DNA of 59,815 nt, the filler included, from Sphacelaria rigidula (taxonomy: Eukaryota), in NCBI GenBank assembly GCA_964200075.2. It is 6 parts of 6 records of this genome, joined end to end, with 100 filler letters (N's around TTAATTAATTAA, not from the genome) between each part and the next. Parts side by side here need not be neighbours in the genome. Positions count along the whole stretch, not along the records: positions 39,946 to 49,830 come from CAXNAA020007557.1; positions 49,931 to 59,815 come from CAXNAA020007558.1; 4 more parts are not named here. One strand, written 5' to 3'. Below are positions 49,259 to 59,815 of this stretch, piece by piece. Position 1 is the stretch's first letter; the number at the start of each line of letters is the position of its first letter. Both the position numbers and the translations under genes were made by a program. The notes below the pieces were generated by a model. That model had not been told where the DNA came from. It saw only the letters and a list, made by a program, of their open reading frames with translations, and made no database searches.

Positions 49259-49830
49259 GTAACCTGCCTGATGATTCGATGACGCCTTGCGACGCGTAAA
49301 TGGGAGCTCGGGTAAATTGTCGGTGTATACTTCAGTGTTCTCATACCGTCGCGCAATGCTCAAGTTTATTATTCCGTGCCTATTTGGGTTGGCGGAATAT
49401 TAAATTTGATCTAGTTCCTACGGTATCAACATTTTTTTTTCCCCTGTGCGGTGGCCACTGCTCATCAGAGCTTGAAGGCGTCTGGAAAGACAGTGCGCGT
49501 GGACTTCCAGATCTGGGAAAAATCTCGTGTGAGACATGTGGATGGCAACCTCCGGCAAATTATCCGTATACCCCCCACCGTCCCACTACCGCTGTTCAAC
49601 TGACAGTTCGACACTATGACGTCTTCGATGTTTCTCATAACCCCGCAGCACTATCCACTTTATATTTAGCCGTTCATTAGGGTTGAATTTTCGTGTGCGC
49701 TATCGGGGTTGCCGGGATAAACTGTTGAATAATCTTTGCACAAAGGTATATACTCATGATCATGCATGCCATAGTCATCAGATCATTGACCTCGCATCCC
49801 TACAATGTCGGGACGGAGCACGCCGGGTTT

Positions 49831-49930
49831 NNNNNNNNNNNNNNNNNNNNNNNNNNNNNNNNNNNNNNNNNNNNTTAATTAATTAANNNNNNNNNNNNNN
49901 NNNNNNNNNNNNNNNNNNNNNNNNNNNNNN
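49831..49930. other. Artificial contig linker
   Basis: N44-TTAATTAATTAA-N44. Confidence 0.98.
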
Positions 49931-50701
49931 CGCTACCGTGCGCTCGTGTATTGCACATGAATGTGTGTGAGCGTTGCCGGCATCCGAGGTCATCGGGATA
50001 GGGCGGGCAAGGAGCAGAAGCAAATATACGAATCTCGCAAAGCCCGCCAGAATTTCTGGTTTGTTAGTGTTTGTTGATCAACTTATTTTCACTATTTCAA
50101 TAAAAAATTGGAGAAAATCACAAAAAATTCACAAAAAGAAAACAGCCATGACGATTTTCGAAAAATTGCCTCCGGGAGGGGCGGAGGGCCCCGTGTCCGA
50201 AACTTTTCTCTCGACAGACCCTTGCATGCAAACATAATATCCCTTCGTGCGTACATACACGCATATACTGTCCGTAGTTTGATATTTCATTCGTTGCACG
50301 CCACACTGAAGAATAAAGATAACTTGAACAACCTTGTACTATCATACTCCATTATACACCTCGACAACAACAGACCAAACCCATATATACGCGCGGACGG
50401 TCATGCGTGCACTGCTTATCGCAATTCTACTATAAAACAGCGCAACGGAATACTTCCAGGGTGACAACTTGGTACAAAACCCGTTTTCATCTGGATATAG
50501 GTCATTTTTAACAACATATAGGTGAGGTATAAAACCAAGTAAGGAGAACGGACAACGCCGATACTTGCGCCTGATTTAATCGCCAGTTCTCATCCTATGT
50601 CAACTCAAGGGTCTCGATTTTGGATTTCGAGAAATTACAGTCAAGTACGGTACCACTGTATAATACAACGTATCGCGGTGCACTTCAATGAGGAGTCGTA
50701 C

Positions 50702-53339
50702 ATCGTCCGTCCTTGGGATGGCCTTGACCGCCACCTTGAAGTGCTTGTCCCTGCCTAGTCTGATCATCCCCAGCTTGCCTGCTCAGTGAATGTCACCAGG
50801 ACGCACGGGGTAATAAACATGAAGCGGCGTGTTATGTAGCAAGGATACAGCCACCACATCATGGCATGTACAAAAAACAACAGCACGGTCACAGTAACAC
50901 AGAAAATGCAGGGGACGGTTAACCGAAGACAACAATCACTGCCTGTAGGACATGCTTGAAATATTCACATGACCTGCCGAACAAACGGTCGACGAGTCTT
51001 TCAATCAACTCGAGTCTCAATTTCCATATTCATTCTGCACCGAGGCATCTCCACTTTCACCAACAGCCGAGTGCGTTGGAACATTGACGCTCAAGCCGCA
51101 GCCAACCCCGCAGGAGCGTATGGGGCAGATCGTATCTTACTTGTCCCCCAATCTCGAGCATACAAAAAAATGCAAAGGCACGACACACAAGACGCCCACG
51201 TACTGACATCAACAACTGTACTCGTAGACTCACCGAAGCGCCCGTCTGTCTGCCAGCCGATCGTGTGCGGCAAGTCACCACGGCACAGCCTGCGCATTGA
51301 CTCGTTCGTCGCGTCACGAAGGGTGCGGGTCATGTAGGTAGCGTCCGGGGTCTCGCTGCCCTGGCCCCTCACTTCGCAAATTGCGCTCACCCTACCCCGT
51401 GCGAAGCCCTGGGCACGGGCCCTACTCTCGGCTTCCTTCATGGCCGCCTGAGCTAGCTCCCTCTGGACCTGGACACCCTTCCCCAGCTCGTCGCAAGCGT
51501 TCACCAGTTGCGCGTTGCAGTCTGTCAGCGATGCATGGTCTCTCTCCAGTGCCACGTTGCGCCGCGACAGCTGGGCACATTGCGCTTCCTTGACTTCCTC
51601 TGAAGTGCGGGCCTCGGCGAGCTTAGTGGCGAACGTTTGTGCTGCAAGCCGTGCGCCGGCGAGCTCCGCGACGTTTGCTCGTTGCCGGCCATCCACTGCT
51701 CTCTCGAGAGTCCTGTAGCCATTTCTGGGAGTTTTGTTACAGGCGAGTCACGGGTGGGGTTAATGGTCAGGGCGAGGGCAAGGGGTAGGGACAAGCGGGG
51801 TTAAGGGGGAAGGGGTGCCGAACAGCGGGCACGCGTTGTTCGACACCCTGGTGAGACTCTTGGACCTGATGGTGCTCACAAACGTCATGGGCAAGGGCGC
51901 GTGTAATAGGAGGATGGATCCATATTAGCGAACAAGCGGTGGGCGAGAGCAGTACACCAGTGACACACAGTAGCTCTTTTGATGACCACGTGTGGTATGT
52001 GAGCACTCCACCTCCCACGCAGCCCAGTACGGATGTTTGCATTCTGCGATGCGGTAGAGCGTGTTTCAAACAAACCGTGAAACTAACAATGTGAACACTC
52101 AGTCGTTTTTTATGGTCTCATGCCCCTGCCTTATTACCCCCACTCTTTCATCGCAAGTACACACGACATCCATCACACCACAGTATTCACCACCCTCTAG
52201 CACACGTGCCGCCACGCAAACGTTCAACGTCCTCACTTGAGGTATGCGTTGCAGACGACGAGGTTCTGCCTCTCCGCCAGCAGCTGGTCTCGTTCCTTCC
52301 TAAGCGAGTCCTGCTCTCTCCCCCTTGCCATCATGCCCGCAGCGTGTCCCACTTCAAACGCACGACGCTCGGCCGCCGCCGCCGCCTTCGACGCTTTCCT
52401 CTCCATCTCCGTCGCGCGACGCCGTACTACCAACAGCAAAATGCGATATTGCAACAGAGGCGGTGATCGGCCAGTGTCGTCGTGTTAGCGTGTCGGTACG
52501 GGCAGGGGGCCGGGCGGGCCTAGTGGGGGTCAAAGAGGAGGAGGAGGAAAGACTGACAAGGCGATATGGTGGACATCATTTCTTTCTACGATGATTCCAA
52601 AGGAAACAAGACAACATAGCCTCGCAGACTGAAAATACACAAAAAAAGCGGGAAGGAATGGGTCCTCCTAACCTGCAACGGCCGTGCTCCACACCAAGAC
52701 CAGTAAGGCCACATACAAAAACCCCATGACCGTGATCCAATCCGCAGTCTGTACCGGCACCTCCTCCCGGCGACCGTCAGCAACTGCCACCGCGTACAAC
52801 TCCCCCGCCCTCTCCTCCCGTACCGGGACAGGGCACATTGCCTCAGCGCTTGGTACGAGCACATCCTTCTCCGGCACACCTCCGTATAGGACAAGGGAAT
52901 GCCCGGCTGGCGCCAAGCAAACCGGTGGAATGACCGACCGAAGAGGACTAGGAAGGAAGTGTTTCACTTCTTGGTCTCGACCTTCCCTTCCATGACGACC
53001 ATAAGTCAAGGAGGCAGTAGCGGTAGACCGGTCCCCGAGCAGGAGGAAGACCGGATGGTGGGGCGCAGGCGGGAGTAACCGACTCGTGACCTGGTCCACC
53101 TCCGCAGTACGTCTCTCACGAAACACCTGTATCAGCTCATCATAGTCATGGTGGCTGTTCGTGCGGTTCTCAGACGGGGGTACACCTCTGCTGCTCGGCA
53201 CCCGCTGCGGCTGGCGAAATGCCCTGGAGCGCACACGGCGACGTAGCAATGGTAGCAAGCAGCATCGATCGGTGGCGTGCGTGTATCCGTGCGGCGCCGC
53301 AGCGGCAGGGGGGGCAAGGGGAGACGGGGAAAGACTCAA
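50702..53339 (-). CDS. Spliced gene for an unknown protein with one predicted TM helix followed by a coiled coil (partial)
   Basis: Phase-consistent exons ~53339-52673, 52426-52237, 51712-51396 and 50778-~50702 give ...WITVMGFLYVALLVLVWSTAVA|VRRRATEMERK...NAYLK|TLERAVDG...QGFARG|KLGMIRLG...; start codon uncertain. Confidence 0.65.
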
Positions 53340-56155
53340 GTCGACGTGGCGTTGTCATGGATCATATGATCACACGGGTGCACTGTCGAGGTGTTCAGAG
53401 CACAGAGCAAAAGAACAAAGAAGTCTACACCACCACATTCGTGTGAAACGCCGGTGGCCAGACCACTAGATATGCACGAGATATCCGGCATCCGACACAA
53501 ATGTGCATGACGCGACCAGACGATAGGAGGCAAGGTCGACCCAAGCGTGAACACGATGCCGGCGTGTGAACGAACAAACTATGCAAAGGTGCTATTCGGC
53601 TTACAGGGTCCGTGAAGCATTCTCGTCGGTAGGCCTAGGTAGCGCTTGCACCGGTTTCACAGCCACGACAGCATTCTCCTCACCCTGCCCCTGGATCCGG
53701 GAAACGAAAACGCACGTAGCAGGAGACATGTCACGTGACGACGGGGGCATCCAACACACCAAGCCCGTGAGTGGCGGTTTGACGAGGTACTATATTGCTG
53801 CAGTCGGCTGAGACAAACATGGTGATTGAACACATACCACACTCCTATGATGCTGAACAGCGGCGCTTGTAAACGCCCCGACACAATCGTAGAGCGCCTT
53901 AGCTTTCGACATCCTTCCCACTCTTACCGCGCCAAACGTTCCATTTCCCGGAGCATCCTTGTTTCCATCAGCTGACTCACAAATGGACATTGCAAGCTCC
54001 GTCTACAGGAGAATATCAGAGTCATGAAAGTGCAGTACAAGTGTTGCGAGTTGCTTGAATAGCACCAAGAAATAGCAGTCAGCGGTGAGCATTCCGCGAA
54101 TATATTGGTTGGCGAATAATACAACTTGTTTCCCGCGAATGTTTACCTTTTGTCCAACGCCCTTCCCCACGCCCTTTTGCCCTCCGCGCTTGCCGAGCCT
54201 GAAGCCAACAACCGCCGCACAACAACGAAGCACGAGCACACATCAGGTTCCAGTCGAGCAGCGCGTGCACGCATGTGATCCGAAATGCGTGCTACGATTG
54301 AAAACGCAAAATTCATCATGAACACTACGATTTTGCGGAGATAACTTCCCCAGATTTGTTCGCTATTTCCGCTGGAAATACGGTCGCCGTGCATGACCCA
54401 CAACGACATCATCTCGGCACCAAACACTGCTCTTATAGCTGTTGAACACTGCTACATCACACCGCTCCCATAGCAAGGCCATCGCACTCACCTCATGCCA
54501 ACACCAACCCTTTTCTTGCAGAGGACACCTCCGGCCACTACCAGGAAGCTTTCTATCATGGCGCAAAATAGCGGCTGCCCAGCATAGCTCCGAAGCACCG
54601 CGAGTGCAGACGCTAAACCGAACACCATGATTTCGAACTGAGCAGAGCAGACGATATCGGTCACACGATCAATAACATAGACCGAGACGGAAGGCACGTC
54701 ACACACACAGAGATATGTATAGAAGGAGAGATTTCTCACCTCTTTGCCATATTCTCAACCCCTCTCGATATTCCCATCATACTCGCTCGGGACGAGTCCA
54801 TAGTCTCAAGGGATCAACCGGTCTTTTTCCTCTCTTTCACTGCATGCCCGACATTTTCTTCATCGCAGAGTGGATCCCCACACCTGCACTACGTCGCCTT
54901 TCGTAAAACTCACTTCGCTGTTCAAGTCCTCAAGTGTTCAACTCCGTATAGCATTCATGGTGTATGCTGGGATGCGAACCCTAAAGTCCACCCTATTGTA
55001 ACAGTAACCGCTATTAATACTGTACTGTACATTTTTACCACGAATCCCACCGGGGCGGTCATGTGACAATCAAAAAGTGGTTGCTCATATACAGTAGCGG
55101 AAATGCATTCGAAGCACCGTTTCAGCAAAAACGCCGACTTTCAGGTCGCCACCCTGGTGCTGGGGCCAAGGTGATACACATACATCATATCTTCTTACAA
55201 AATTGCGATTGACTCTTCGTGCGAGAGGCATTTCGTCGATGCTTGGGAAAGCGAGCTGCACGTAACCACAGCAAGCTATCTGTCTGTGTCGAAAATAGGA
55301 GGGCATGGTGGGAGGACGAGCGCAGAGTGTGCTGCCGTAGAGGTGGCGAGCTACAACGATGCTAGCATGCTCGCAGTGCCGAAACAATTCGATTTGAGCA
55401 TGAAAAACATGCACTTGCTCTCGGGCAACAAACAGTAGCCCAGAGAAAAACGAGGAGAGAAAAGCAATTTGAAGAGCGAGCGAGGAGATAATGTATAACA
55501 TGCTGCGAAGAACATATTTGTACAACAAAAACAATATACACAAACGTACCTGGTACATACTGAATTGACGCAGGAAATATCCCGCGATAAGTTAACGCGT
55601 GGATCGTGCAGTATTTCGAGTTATCTCCCGAGTACCACTCTACCGGCCTATATATATGACAGCCGACTTTCAAAATGGAGGATGGGGCTTCTCACTGAAA
55701 ATGATAACCCGGAAAATTAAAACGTTTGTATTCACACCAGATCTTCAAAATATATTTGCATTCCTTCACCTACTACAGTAGTAGCTATTGACAACTAATA
55801 CACGCCATGAACATTTGAATTCCGATTTCCGAAAGTTTGGGATCCTGGGTTAAAAAACGATTCTCAGAAATCTAGGTGATCCGTTTTTAATTCTTCTCGA
55901 CTTGACCGGTCTTCGAGAAAAACGAGCGATCTTTGAGAAAAACGAGCGGTCTCCGACAAAAATGCAAAGTTTGGCCAAGGAAAAAAACCGCGGCCACCGG
56001 AAAAACGCACAGGTGTGCTGCAACAGTCTCACACGAGTACAGCAAGGCATTTCAAGGCGTCAAGATCCGCCTAACTCTCTCCTTGGGCGTAAGAAGACGC
56101 AGAAGCTCCAAAAAGACAAGTCTCCTGAATTTTCTTCTTGTTCATCATAAGGAAT

Positions 56156-56349
56156 GGCCCAAGAGCGTGTCTCTGCACATTATTTTTCGATCGAAATGTG
56201 AGGTGGAGAAGGGAAAATTCCCATCTGACAAGTAGTGATTTCAACTACCGATATTTTGATTGAAGTCACGACCTATCAGATCGGATTTTCCCCTTTTCAA
56301 GCGCACTTTTTCGATCGGAAAATAAATTGCAAAGACACCTCCTCAGCCC
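56156..56349. repeat. Imperfect hairpin with ~90-bp arms and a ~16-bp loop
   Basis: gtgtctctgcacattatttttcgatcgaaa...gggaaaattcccatctgacaagtagtgatttcaa versus the reverse complement of ttgaagtcacgacctatcagatcggattttcccc...ttcgatcggaaaataaattgcaaagacac. Confidence 0.8.
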
Positions 56350-57144
56350 ATGAAGAAACACACAAAGATAGCGTCCTAACGATAGACCTGATGAGCTGAC
56401 ACAAGAACTCGGCCACGCGGGAAGGGCTCTTGACTCACTGTATTGTTGTATAGCTAGTTTTGCAGCAACCAACCGATCTGTGTGGCCATAGTCATGGTTG
56501 ACATAGGCAGCAATGGTCATCGTATCTACGTTTACAGATACTTGTTTAGGTTCACTACTGCTGCTCCTATAATAGCAGGCAGTTATTTTGTGCAAGCTGG
56601 AGTAGGAATTTTCGGAAACAACGTGTTTTTCATGATATTGTGTTAACTCTTGTCATCTTGTTATTTTATCTCATGAATTCAGCACTTTCGAATATTTTTA
56701 CCCCATGCAACACACGTGCGTGCGAAACTCTTCAAACTTAGATTGCGAGCGTTGCCTCAGAATATTCTCGCCGGCTGACGGTCCAGGACGAACCGCGGGT
56801 TTCCAGGGCGCGAGGACGTGGTTTTTGACAGGGAGGCGAGGGCCTCTTCGTAAAACAGACCGAAAACTCACGAAGGTTTATATTAACGAACTTTTTTTTT
56901 ACTTTTTCGATTATTTCGGAATATTTTTCGACTACTCGAAAATAAAATGTTGAAAAAAAACTGACGCAATACTTTCCGAGAAATGTATGGCCAGTCTTGA
57001 ATTATTATATTTCTTGACGTGGTTGTGCAATCTGCTGCCACGTTTTTCGGGTAGGAAGTTTTTTTCTTCCGAAACAAAATTGGAGGGGTCTGACAAACAC
57101 AGCCCTCTCNNNNNNNNNNCCTCTCAACCCTTCCACAGCGACCC

Positions 57145-58360
57145 CTCCTGCAGGTGCGTCTGAGATGAACTATGCCACGTTTGGGGTTCAGAACAGCTCC
57201 TTTCTCGCTACGAAACGCCTTTATTCATAAACACGTGGATGTTGGGCATCTACGCAGAAAAGAGTCCCGGACAACCCCCGGAAGGTTTTGACCCTGCAGT
57301 CTGTTGTGTGCAGAGTCAGTTGTTTGTCGTTTGTCTTCGCTGGATACAACGGCAAGAAACAGTGTGCCATCGCTCTCAACTGAACAGTCTACTGCATGCT
57401 GCCGGTGTGTCTGCTCAGTGTTCCACAACAACACTACAGGCAGTGCGTGAGACTGTGCTGGTAACACAGGAGGGGCCAGGCGGGCGACATAGACCACGAG
57501 CAGAGCAAAAATCACGCTTTTTGTGCTCATGTTATCTATGGTTGAATTGTCATGACCAGAATGAGAAGTACGGCGAGACAGTTACGTTCTGCAGTCCAGC
57601 AGATGGGGAACAAAGCGACCGTTTTGATAGCCGTGATTGGTCAGAATGGTCACTCAGCTTCTCTCGGGCCTCGTTCCTGGCTTTTCATTCTCCGTGGAAA
57701 ATTCTGAACACGCATGGTTGACTTAGCAAGCTTTCCGGCTGTTCTGCGAACAGGCAGGACTCACTCCCCTGTCGAAAACCACTCCCTCGCCCCCTGAAAA
57801 CCCCCGGGTGTCCCTGCCTGAAAACCCCGGATGTCCCTGGACTGTCAACTTGTGAAACTGTTCCGAGGCGACTCTCGCTGTCTGATGGTCAGCATGTCAC
57901 ACCCCGGACTACAGGCGGACTACTGTACCTCGCAGGCTAGCCGTATTTCCCATTTTGGCCATGATCAGTCAACCATGTGGAAGATGGGCGCAAACAGCAT
58001 GCTTTCTACTCTGCTCGTGGTCTTCGCTGCCTGCCTTTCGTGCCAGTATGGCCTCATACTGTCCGAGGTGTTGTTGTGGAACACCAAGGAAGGACACGAG
58101 GAGCATGCGGTAGACTGTCAGTGTTCAGTGGAGAGTGATGGCACGCTGACTGTACCTTGCCATTGTATTCAGCGGGGATATACAACATACACACTGATCC
58201 TGCACGTACTAGACTGACGGCACGGTCGATCCAGTCAGGGGTTCTGTGTTGTACATACATGCCCCATATCCATATGTTCATGAAAAAAGGCGTTTTGTGC
58301 AGTGAAAAGAAACTGTCCTGAACACCAAATGTTACACAATTCATCTGAATCTGTCTGCGG
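57145..58360. repeat. Old inverted duplication / foldback element with ~450-bp arms
   Basis: 57145-57600 is similar to the reverse complement of 57905-58360, with shared blocks gtgttccacaacaacac, agaccacgagcagag, acagtctac and gtgccatc. Confidence 0.75.
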
Positions 58361-58393
58361 GGGGTTCGCGATACTGTACTGTATAGGGGTTAG

Positions 58394-58474
58394 CCCTCAG
58401 ACCGCGATGCGGGTAGTCCAAGTCAAATTGATGCCGCTTCGGCAGTTGACCTACCTACCCTCGCCGTCCAAGGG
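58394..58474. mobile_element. Internally shortened copy of the TTAA MITE
   Basis: ttag|ccctcagaccgcga...tcgccgtccaaggg|ttaa. Confidence 0.7.
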
Positions 58475-59815
58475 TTAAATTTGACGTCTCAATGACCCTA
58501 ATTGGTACTTCTTGGCCGCGTTTTTCTTCACAGCGCAAAGTAGAGCAAGAAAAGATCAGGACTGCCGTAGAACCAGCTTGCTTGTGGTGATCGAACGGCC
58601 GAGGAAAAGAAAGCACGGGAGAGAGCCCCCCTTTTGTACGGTGTATGGCGTGATTGTGCGTTCATGCATAATGGATGTCAAGATTATATTGCTGTCTGCA
58701 ACTGTTAGTGCACAGATCGCCACTGTTGTACCGGGAAGGGCTGCTGAACGGACTCTGAACGGCAGCGCTCACGAGCACGATAAAAAAAAAGAAACCAGTA
58801 CAGTAAACACATTTATACCCCCCACATACACGATAAGCTGATGAGCCGCTACTTGTGCCCGTCCGCGCACGGTGCAAGGGTTGTCAAATAGAACAAAAAC
58901 GCGGACCTCGGTACATACATACACATGCAGACACACGTAGGCGCCAGCCACTCTCACAGTGCGTTGCGATATCGTTCTTTGCACAGCTAAACAACTCCAA
59001 GCTGCCGCAGCTCTCAACACTCAAAACACGGTTATGACATAAGTCGTGTATGGTTGGCCCTGCCCTGTACCGCCCTGTACTGTGTGTGATGAATTGGACA
59101 TAACTCAAAACTCAACGCAAACATGCAAAACTGACCGCGACGATCCTTCCTAGTGAAAGTGAGCAGCCCTGCTGTACAAGCACGATCCGCTAGAGGGTGT
59201 AGCGCCGCGCCAGCAGTACCGCAGTCAGTACGCTCACAATCCTACCAGTGCCTGAAGAACACCTTGTCTCCAAGCCAATAAGCTCTGCCTGGCTATCAAA
59301 CTTCGGACCTGTCGGTGTGAGAGACACATGTGAAATTTTGGTGTCATTGCGGAGTTGGATTCATTGGTTGGCTTTCGTTCGTGTGTGTATTCATCTTTGC
59401 ACAAGACCTAAAAAAACTCGGTTCCCGCCGGTCACATATCCACTACCCGTTACTTTTTTGTTTACAATGCCAAGCTAGACGACAACTTCAGTAGATAACA
59501 GAAAGCGCGTGCACAAATTGCAAAAGCTGTGGCGTATCCTGTGACAACCCTGCACAACAAGGTGTGCCAAGCGCTAATAATAATGCTGGATACTTGTAGC
59601 GAAACTGGCCCAGATACAAACAAACGCACTCGACCCATACATACCCTACAACAACGGGTGTGGACGTTTTCACGGTTAAGACAAATCATCACGACTCAAA
59701 ATCACCAAATCCACGATTTGTTCGGCCTAGGTGCCCAAAAGGGAGAAAAAAGTTGATCGCCGGTGCAAGGGGTATCCACGCAACTTTTGCGCCATTCCAC
59801 GTGTCTGGGCTGCTT

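Overview
Eukaryotic genomic DNA, most likely a brown alga (Phaeophyceae). This is inferred from the intron-rich genes and from repeat families resembling those of Ectocarpus. The window is not one locus: it is six unrelated contigs of 9,885-9,887 bp joined by artificial 100-bp N44-TTAATTAATTAA-N44 linkers. Contig 1 (1-9887) is TE debris: a foldback MITE, a LINE 3' end and a decayed Ty1/copia gag-protease. Contig 2 (9988-19873) has a SINE/MITE pile-up and the 5' part of a spliced PIBF1/CEP90-like gene. Contig 3 (19974-29859) is almost entirely a decayed large DNA transposon with a Cys-rich N-terminus, a DUF6589/Academ-type DDE transposase and an XPG/PIN-like nuclease remnant. Contig 4 (29960-39845) carries an intact gene of at least 14 exons that fuses a nucleotidyltransferase, a HAD-like phosphatase with degenerate motifs and an APH/choline-kinase-like kinase. 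Contig 5 (39946-49830) is repeats only. Contig 6 (49931-59815) has a partial spliced gene for a transmembrane plus coiled-coil protein, and inverted repeats. The two best leads are the three-enzyme fusion gene and the AcademX-like transposon. All family assignments come from motif recognition by eye; no searches were run.
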